A stretch of 52,716 nucleotides of DNA, from the NCBI GenBank assembly GCA_937995645.1, contig CALKJP010000007.1:1-52716 (forward strand). Direction: 5' to 3'. Positions 17,765 through 27,700 of this stretch are shown in pieces. The translations under genes and the position numbers were made by a program. The notes under the pieces were generated by a model. That model made no database searches. It worked only from the letters and a program-made list of their open reading frames with translations, and was not told the DNA's origin. Source of the stretch: an uncultured Bacteroidia bacterium. GTDB lineage: Bacteria > Bacteroidota > Bacteroidia > JACCXN01. Numbering within the stretch: the first letter of the stretch is position 1; each line of letters opens with the position of its first letter.

Positions 17765-18709
17765 TTAATCTATTGACGACTTACTTTTATTACGCGGTTG
17801 GTTTGGAATAAACTTAATCCCTAGCATTAATTCGTGTGTGCCGCTGCTGTATTTCTGTAAATTGGTAATGGTATAATCATAAGAATATCCGAAAAACATG
17901 TTATCCTGCACATTAAAGCCGACTAAAGCTGATACTGCGTCCATGGTTCTATATGTTCCGCCAAACCAAAATTTATCTTTGTAAATAATTCTTCCGCTAA
18001 AATCAAACTGCATTGGCACCGGAGCAACATATTTCATTAAAGCAGATGGCTCAAACTGAAAATTTTCTCCTAAATAAAACTTGTAACCTGCAGCTATATA
18101 ATAGTGGTCTTCCAGCTTTCCCTTTTCTTGAACATTTGGGAAATAATTTAAACGGTTTTGTGTAATCTGCGGTAATGATACACTAAAGAAATATTTCTCG
18201 TGATACACATAAATTCCAAATCCAAAATCAGGAACAATAACCGATTGAACAAAATTTCCTAAGTATTGATCGCCTTGATCGCGTAAAGTAATTTTAGAAC
18301 CGTCAATAGCAAATTGCTGCAAACCGCCCGATAATCCAAATGAAAGCTTAGTTTTTTTTGCTACTTGAATATGATAAGCGTATGATAAGTCAATTCCTAT
18401 TCTACGTGTAGGCCCAACAATATCGGTATAAATTCTTCCTCCCAAGCCCATGTTTTTAATACTTAAAGGTCCGTGAATACTTAAAATATACGTTCGCGGA
18501 GCATCGGTTATACCCACCCATTGATTACGCACATTTGTTCTGGCATCATAATAAGGGCGACTTCCGGCAACAGCGGGGTTCAAAGCAAAGTCGTTAAACA
18601 AATACTGGCTGTATTGTGGTAATTGTTGTGCAAAAATATGCTGCGAAATAATTATACTTATCAGCAGTAACATTGCAACAACTGTTTTATTTTTTACGGA
18701 TTTTATCAT
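17765..18709 (-). CDS. PorP/SprF family type IX secretion system membrane protein
   Basis: 314 aa. Signal peptide, then the family-typical QQLPQYSQYLFNDFALNPAVAG start, then beta-barrel-like alternation. It lies 55 nt downstream of the giant type-B CTD gene. Confidence 0.85.
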   Translation of the reverse strand: MIKSVKNKTVVAMLLLISIIISQHIFAQQLPQYSQYLFNDFALNPAVAGSRPYYDARTNVRNQWVGITDAPRTYILSIHGPLSIKNMGLGGRIYTDIVGPTRRIGIDLSYAYHIQVAKKTKLSFGLSGGLQQFAIDGSKITLRDQGDQYLGNFVQSVIVPDFGFGIYVYHEKYFFSVSLPQITQNRLNYFPNVQEKGKLEDHYYIAAGYKFYLGENFQFEPSALMKYVAPVPMQFDFSGRIIYKDKFWFGGTYRTMDAVSALVGFNVQDNMFFGYSYDYTITNLQKYSSGTHELMLGIKFIPNQPRNKSKSSID

Positions 18710-18764
18710 AATTTATTTTTTACATACCACCTTGCGCCTTTAAAGTAGGGCAAAGAAATATTGT

Positions 18765-21700
18765 TTATCGCATTATAGTTATTGGTCCTGTATATGGTTT
18801 ATAGCGTTCATCTCGTAAATCTATAACATAATAATAGGTTCCTACAGGAAGTTCTTTACCATTATATTTTCCATCCCATGGCACTTCGTATCCTTCTGAA
18901 CGGAAAAGTAATTCTCCCCATCGGTTATAAACTTCTACTACATTATTAGGGAAGAATTGAATATTATCAATAATCCACACATCGTTTACACCATCACCAT
19001 TAGGTGTAAATCCATTAGGGAAAATTATATCGGGTAAAATTGAAACTACAACCGAATCGGTTGCTATACAACCTTGAGGACTTGTAACTGTAACATAATA
19101 AGTAGTATTATTTAGCGGAGATGCCGTAGGGTTAGCAACTGTTGTTGAGCTTAATGTTTCAGATGGCGCCCATGCAAAAGTAGAACCTTGCGGGCCTGTA
19201 GGATTTCCTCCAATTAGTACAGAAGCTCCACGAACAATGGAAACATCCTGACCGGCATCTGCAAATGGTAATGCATAAACCGTAACAATAACTGTATCGT
19301 AAGCCACGCAAGCTCCATTATTTACCTGTACAATATACGTATGAATACCAATTCCCGGATTAACAGATAGTGTTGCCGTATTTCCAACTACACTTCCATC
19401 GCTTAATAAGGTCCATTGATACGTTAGGCCTCCGGTAGCTGATATAATTGCAGGCCCATTACCATAGCAATATGCGGTATCTGCACTAGCTATTGCAGTA
19501 ATAGATTGTAATGGATTTAGTTGTATAGTAATAGTTGCTGTACAATTAGAAGCATCAGTAACTGTTAATGTATAAGTTCCCGGAAATAAATTATTTAAAT
19601 CTTGAGTAGTAGCAGATGAAGCACCCGTCCATTGATAATTATATGGTGGGTTTCCACCAGTAACTGTTACATCAATTGCACCATTATTAGTATTACTGCA
19701 ACTTGGTTGAGTAATTAAAGTATCTATAACTAATGTAGGTGGCTCAGTTATTGTAATACTTTGAGATGTTGTACATCCATTTGCATCTGTTACAGTTACA
19801 GATATATTACCTGCACATAATGCACTGGCTGTTTGTGTAGTTTCACCGTTGCTCCACAAATAGGTGTATGCTAATGTTCCGCCAATTGGCATTACAACCC
19901 CAATTCCATTACAAACTCCTCCACAAGATGCATTATTAACAAATGGTATGCTTAAATTAATCGCATCAGGTTGATCAATATTGGCTAAATTAAAAGATAT
20001 GCAACCCGAGGCATTATCTGTTACCTGAATTACATAAGTACCCGGACATAAACCATTAATAGATGACGTTGTTTGAGCACCAGGAGTCCACAAGTATGAA
20101 TAGTTACCAGAACCTCCTGATGCAGCTGCACTTATTGAACCATCGCAGGCTGCATTGCATGAAATATTATTTGATGTTAGAACAACGTTTGGTCCATTTG
20201 TAGAACCAACAGGAATTGCAAATGTTTGCGAACAGCCGTTTGCATCGCTTACTGTTACCGTATATAATTGTGCACATAATCCGCTTTGATTGCTAATTGC
20301 AGGCAATCCATTTGACCAAGAGTAAGTATATGGAGCAGTTCCACCATTTACAAAGATAGACACAGCACCATTACATTGTCCGCAGGTTGGATTTGTAATT
20401 ACAGGATTTACGGTAATTTCAGCAGGCTGGGTAATAGTAACAGGAACAATTCCGATACAACCTGCAGCATCCTGAATTTCTACATTATATGTTCCAGCAC
20501 TTAGGTTATTTACTGTAGCCGTAGTTTGTCCTGCCGGAACCCATAAGAAATTGTACGGAGCTGTTCCGCCACTTGCAGTAATTGTTGCAGAACCGTTTGT
20601 TCCTCCAAAACAAGTTACATTAGTTTGAGCAGTAACAACTCCACTTGGTGCATTGGTGTTACTAATTATAACATTTATAGTTGTTGAACAGCCATTAGCA
20701 TCGGTTAATTGAACAGCATGAACTCCGGCACATAATGCATTGTTTGTAGCACTTGTAGTTCCATTAGCCCACAAGAAAGAGTATGGCACTGCACCACCGC
20801 TTGGAGTAACCGTTGCACTTCCATTACACTGTCCACAAGTTGCAGAAGTAGTAGTATATGTTGCAGAAACTCCTAAGCCTTCGTTTACTATTACGGATTG
20901 TGTTGCTGTACAACCATTTGCATCGGTAATTGCAACAGAATTTAATCCTGTACATAAATTAGTGGCGCTTTGAGAAGATTGACCTCCTGGAGTCCATACA
21001 AATGAATAAGGTAAAGTTCCTCCAATTGGCAATACAGTTGCACTACCATTACATGCAGCAGCACAAGTTGCATCTACTACATTTGGCAAGCTGAATGAGA
21101 ATCCGCTTGGCTGAGAAATTACTGCAGTTGCGAAAGAAGAACATCCATTATCCGTTACTTGTACTATATAATTTCCTGCACATAAATTACTGATTGAAGA
21201 CGTAGTTTGTCCGCCCGGTGTCCATGTATAAGTATAAACTCCTGTTGAACCACCACTTGCAGTAGCTGTTGCAGAACCGTTACAATTTCCATTACAATCA
21301 ATATCTGATGTTACAACACTAATAAGTGGTGCTCCAATGTTATTGACAAAGAAGGTGTCTATATTTGAACATCCTGTAGCATCTGTAACTGTTGCAATAT
21401 AAATTCCTGCAGGCAAATTTGAAATTGTAGGGGTATTTTGTCCGGTATTCCAGCTATAAGTATATGGTGCTGTACCACCGGTTGTTGTAAGCGAAATTTG
21501 ACCTGTGGATGATAAACAAGGAGTTGATGTGATATTTGCAGTATTTGATATTTGAGTTGGAGAAGTTATAGTTACTAATTCAACTAATATACATCCATTA
21601 GCATCACGAATTTCAACATTATACGAACCGGCTGCAAGCCCTGTAATTGTTGCAGTTGTTTGACCTCCCGGTATCCATAAATAAGAGTATGGTGCTGTTC

Positions 21701-24700
21701 CTCCAAAAACATTTACCACAGTAGCAGAACCATTATTTGTACCAAAGCATGTTACAGGGGTAGATGTAATGGCGGCATTGGTAGGTCCTCCCGAATTTGA
21801 TATAGAAACGGTTTGCGTAATTGAACAACCATTTGCATCGGTAATTTGAACTTGATAAACTCCTGCACACAAACCGGAAACCGATTGAGTGGTAGCGCCA
21901 GTAGTCCAAATATAGGTATAGGGAGCTGTTCCTCCAGTTGGAGTAACAGAAGCTGTTCCATTACACTGCCCACAGGTTGCATTAGTACTTGTAAATGTAG
22001 CTGTAATTGGGTTTGAAGTAGAAATAGTTATCTGTTGTACGGTTATACAAGCACCTGCATCGGTAACAGTGGCAAAATATGTTCCCGGACATAATCCTCC
22101 AATACTATCAGTAGATTGACCACCGGGTGACCAATTAAATGTAAATGGAGCTGTTCCTGAGCTTACGGTTAACTCTGCAATTCCATCGCATGTATTGCTG
22201 CATGATGCATTTAAAACATTTGCAGTTACAGAAGGTCCGTTACTATTACTCAATGGAACTCCAATTTGTTGTGAACATCCTGAATTATCAGTTACAGTTA
22301 CAGCATACAATCCTGCGCATAAATTACTGATTGTTGCTGTAGTAGCTCCGGTACTCCATAAATAAGAATACGGAGCTCCTGAGCCTCCGGTACCAACAGC
22401 TGTTAACGAACCATTACATATACCACAAGGAGGTTGAGTAGATGAAATATTTATTACAATTGGAGAAGGTTGTGTAATTTGTACATTAGCATTTACAGTA
22501 CATCCATTATTATCAATTGCTTGAACAGAGTAAGTTCCAGGACATAAATTGCTTATTGTAGCACTTGTTTGTCCTCCATTCCATTGAAAGAAATAAGGAG
22601 CTGTTCCGCCACTTAACACCACAGTAGCCTGTCCATCGCATGCAGCATTACATGAAATATTATTTCCGGTAATTGATGCTGTAAAAGGAGTTGGTTCTGT
22701 AATAGTAAACGATTGTGATGTTGAACAGCCATTAGCATCTGTTAATGTTACAGAGTAAACTCCGGGACAAAGATTGGATATACTATTCCCTGTATTACCG
22801 TTCGACCACATAATATTGTATGGCAAGGTGCCACCGCTTGGAGCAATTGATATTGATCCATTACAAGCACCATTACATGTAACATTATTTACAGTTGAGT
22901 TAAGACTAATGGGCGTTGCAGGATTTATTGTAAAATTTGCAGTAGCAGAACACCCATTCGCATCAGTAACATTAGCTGAGTAATTTCCTGCACACAAACC
23001 TGAAATTGTAGAAACACCAATAGTATTAAAGTTTTGTCCGGTTGACCATGCAACTGAATATGGGGAAGTTCCACCAGATATATTTACAGTTGCTATTCCA
23101 TCGCATACTACACCGCATGAAATATTTGATTGTGATTGTGTAATGCTTAACACATTCGGTGTTGTAACATTAAACGTATCAATTCCTATGCAACCTAAAT
23201 TATCTTGAATAGTAACTATATACTGACCAGCACATAAGCCGTTTATATTTTGCGTTGTTTGCCCGCTACTCCATGAATAAGTGTATCCGGGAGTTCCTCC
23301 GCCTGGAAGTATGGTTATAGCTCCATCACAAACCCCATTACAACTTACATTATTAATAAAAGGAGTTGATACTATTGGCTGAGGTTGGTTAATTATAATT
23401 GTTTCAAACGTAATACAACCAAGCGAATCTGTAACTTGAACATTATATGTATTGGCACACAAACCTGATTGACTATTGGAAGTAAAACCTCCCGGAGTCC
23501 ATAAATATGTTATAGGATTTAGTCCGGTTGCTGTTATCGTAGCTGAACCATTACAATCACCATTACATATAGCATCTGTTGACACATGCGATGTAACAGG
23601 GCCTCCTTGATTACTAACCGGCACAGAAACAGTATCAACACAACCGCTTGCATCAGTTATTACTGCATCATACAATCCAGCGCATAAATTACTTGCAGTT
23701 ACTCCAGATTGTGCAGGAACAGTATTCCATATTACCGTGTAAGGAGCACCAACACCTCCGCTTGGAGAAACAGTAGCACTACCATCACACAGCCCACATT
23801 GTGGATTATTAGTTGTAAATGTTGAAGATATAGCAGTAGGTTCGGTTATATTGAAATTATTGGTAATAGAACAAGAATTAGCATCTGTAACAATAACAGA
23901 ATAAGACCCGGCACATAAACCATTAAGATTATTTGAAGTAGAGCCTGTTGACCATAAAATTGAATAAGGCGCTGTTCCGCCTGATGGATTTACAGAAGCA
24001 GAACCATCACAAACAGCGTTACATGATGCATTATTACTAGTAAATCCAATATTAATAGCTGATGGTTGGGTAATTGTAGTTGATGCAGAATTCGTACAAC
24101 CATTTGCATCGGTTACTGTAACAGTATATGTTCCTGCACAAATGCCTGCGTGAGCATTTCCAATTAAACTTCCCGGCATCCAAGTATAGTTTATCGATCC
24201 GCTTCCTCCGTTTGCTGATGCATTTAAAGTGCCATTACAAACAGCATTACAAGTGGCATTGGTTGAGCTGGCTACTACTGTTAGCTGAGGAGGATCTGTA
24301 ACTGTAAATGTTTGTGTTTCTGAACAGCCTGGATTAGCAGGATCGGAAACTGTAACCGTGTAGTTGCCTGCCGTTAAATTTGAAATTGAAGAAGTTGTTT
24401 GACCTCCGGGTAACCAAAAATAACTATATGTTCCTGAGCCACCGCTAGCAGTAATACTAATTGAACCATTCGATTGTCCAAAACACTGATTGTTTGCAAT
24501 AGATGGAGTTATGCCAATGGCATTGGGTTGGGTTAAATTAAAGTTTTGTATAGCAGTACATCCGTTTGCATCTGTAATTGTAACAGAATAATTACCTGCA
24601 CATAATCCACTTTGGCCGGGCGCATTAGGCCCTGATGGAAACCACGTATAATTATATGGAGGAGTCCCTCCAGATGGATTAACTCCTGCTAATCCATCAC

Positions 24701-27700
24701 AAATAGAATTGCAACTAACATTAGATATTATTGGGTTGGGATTAATGGTAAACTGATTTCCAACATTAATTGTATCGTTAATTGAGCAGTTTGTTGCATC
24801 GGTAATAGTTACAATATATTGGCCTGCACATAATCCGCTAATTGATGATGTAGTTGCTCCTGTACTCCATAAATAAGTATAAGGCCCCGTTCCTCCGGTA
24901 GGATTAACAGAAATTGCACCATTACAAAAACCGGCACAGGTAACATTTGTTATTATTGGTTGACTAAATATTTGTGATGGCCCGTTCACCGTATCTATTG
25001 CAAATCCCTGACATCCATTTGCATCTGTTACGGTTAATGTATAAACCCCATTACATAAATTTATAGCCGTTGGATTGGTTTGTCCTCCGGGATTCCACAA
25101 ATAACTAAATGGAGGAGTTCCGGTAGAAACTGAGCTTGATATTTGCCCATCGCATAATGCAAAGCAGGAAGCATCTGTAGAATTTGTTGTTGCAATTGGT
25201 CCTAAAATATTATTAACAATCACAATAAAGGTATCAGAACAAGCTACTGCATCGGTAATCACAACTGTGTAAATGCCGGCCGGAACCCCTGTAAGTGGAT
25301 TACTTGTAGAATTATTATGTAACCATAAATAAGTATAAGGGCCTGTTCCTCCGGAAGGGTTTAATGTTATACTTCCATCAGAATTTCCACATGTTGATTG
25401 AGTTATTGATGGATTTGGCTGAATTGCAATTGGCGCATTAATAACAACAGAATCTGTTGCAGTACATCCATTGGCATCGGTAGCAGTAACAGTATATGTA
25501 CCAGCACATAAATTATTTAAAGTAGGACCATTTGTTACGGGCAGCGTATTCCATTGGTAAGTAAAAGAACCGGTTCCACCACTTGCTGAAGCTATTGCAA
25601 ATCCGTTACAATTACCTCCACACGTTGCATCACTCGATGTAATATTTAAATTTATTTGTGGCGGATTATTTAATGTAACATTTTGTGTATTAAAACATCC
25701 ATTTGCATCAGTTACTGTTACGGTATATGTTCCGGCACATAAATTAAATGCCGTTTGAGTATTTTGAACGGGAGTTGTATTCCATGAATAAGAATATGGC
25801 AGAGCTCCTCCGGTTGCCGTTGCTGTTGCCTGTCCATCACAGGCTCCAAAGCATGTTATTTGCGTTCCGGTAGTATTAATAATTATATTTACAACCGGAA
25901 CTATCGAAACCGGTATTGTAATCTGACACCCTTGAGCATCAGTAACAGTTACGGTATAATTTCCAACACATAAATTATTTTCTGTTGAATTTGTCCCACC
26001 TGAGCTCCATAAATAGCTGTATGGAGCTGTTCCTCCTCCTGCCAATACTGTTGCAGAGCCATCGCAAGTACTTCCGCAAGTAGCAGACACATTCGATATT
26101 GTAGCATTTAATGGAAGAGGTTCAATTATATTTATCGTATCTCTATCTATACAACCTAAGGCATCTGTTATTGTAACAATATATTGTCCGGGACATAATC
26201 CTGTAACACCTGCCGTAGTTTGACCTCCTGGAGACCATGAATAGGAATAACCGGGATTACCTCCGCTTGGATTTGCAGTTGCCGTACCATTACAAGCAGA
26301 ATTACAAGTTACATCAGTTGATACCGTATTTCCATTTATTTGTGAAGGTTCTGTTACGGTTCCTGATGCTGTATAAACACAGCCATTATTATCTGTTATG
26401 GTAGCAGTATATGTACCAGCACATAAACCTATTGCAGAAGTTCCTGTTTGAACAGGACTAGTATTCCAAACTATTGAATATGGAGAAGTACCTCCACTTA
26501 AAACTAAAGAAATTTGACCGGTACATTGTCCAAAACAGTTCACATTTGTAACATTCACTGTAGCATTAAAGGCAGGTGGCTGTGTTATTGTTACAGTTTG
26601 ATTTGCTGAACATCCCAAAGCATCGGTAACGGTAACAGTATATGTTTGCCCACCACATAAACCGGTAGCGGTTTGTGTATTTTGTCCATTACTCCAAGCA
26701 AACGTATATGGAGGGGTTCCTCCTGTTGGGCTTGAAGTTGCAGAGCCATTACACAACGCATTACATGATGCATTTTGCAAAACCGTTGCATTGGGAAGAA
26801 TGGCAACCGGATTACTTACTGTTCCTCCATCTGTTGCCATGCAACCATTAGCATCTGTAACTGTTAATGAATAGCTACCAATACATAATCCTGTAGCATT
26901 AGCTCCCGTTTGTCCATTACTCCATAAATAAGTATATGGACTAGTTCCTCCACTAACTGTTGATGTTAAAACTCCATCACAAAGACTACTACAACTAATA
27001 GTAGTGTCATTAACTGAAACTACCAAAGTCGGAGGTTGAGTGATTTGAAAGTTTTGTGCAGCTGTACATCCATTTGCATCTGTAACGGTTACGCTATAAT
27101 TTCCGGCACATAAACCGCTTATACTTGGGGTATTTTGACCATTTGACCAAAGAATGGTATATCCGGGAGTTCCTCCGTTTATTGTTAACGTAGCTGTTCC
27201 ATTACACTGCCCATTACATACAACGTTTGTTGTTGCAACACTAATTGTTAACAATGGAGGTTCAGTTATTGTTACACTCTGAGTGTTAGAACAATTATTG
27301 GTATCTGTAACAGTAACCGAATATATACCCGGACATAATCCCGATATACTTTGATTGGTAGAACCGGTACTCCATAAATACGTATATGGTGCAGTGCCTC
27401 CAATAGGGTTTGATGTTGCAGTTCCATTACATGCTCCAAAACATAATACATTTGTTGAACTTGGATTTGCATTGAGAGGGCCTGGCTCTGTTATAACAAA
27501 CGTAGCAGAATCTACACAACCTTGATTATCAGAAACAACAACCGTATAAGTTCCCGGACATAAATTATTTTGAGAAGGGCCTGTTGATATGTTGGGTGTC
27601 CATGTATATGAATATGGAGGAGTTCCTCCCGATACAGGTGCTACACTTACTGTTCCATCACAAGCCCCAAAACATGAAATATTGTTTGAAGAAGGGTTAA

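Noticed and set aside
15208-18709. Treating the TonB-dependent receptor-like gene as a third component of the adhesin-SprF module because it is co-directional.
   Set aside because: A hairpin with a T-run (17717-17742) and an 85-nt gap separate it from the sprF-like gene, and I know of no such functional link. It is left as a neighbouring gene.
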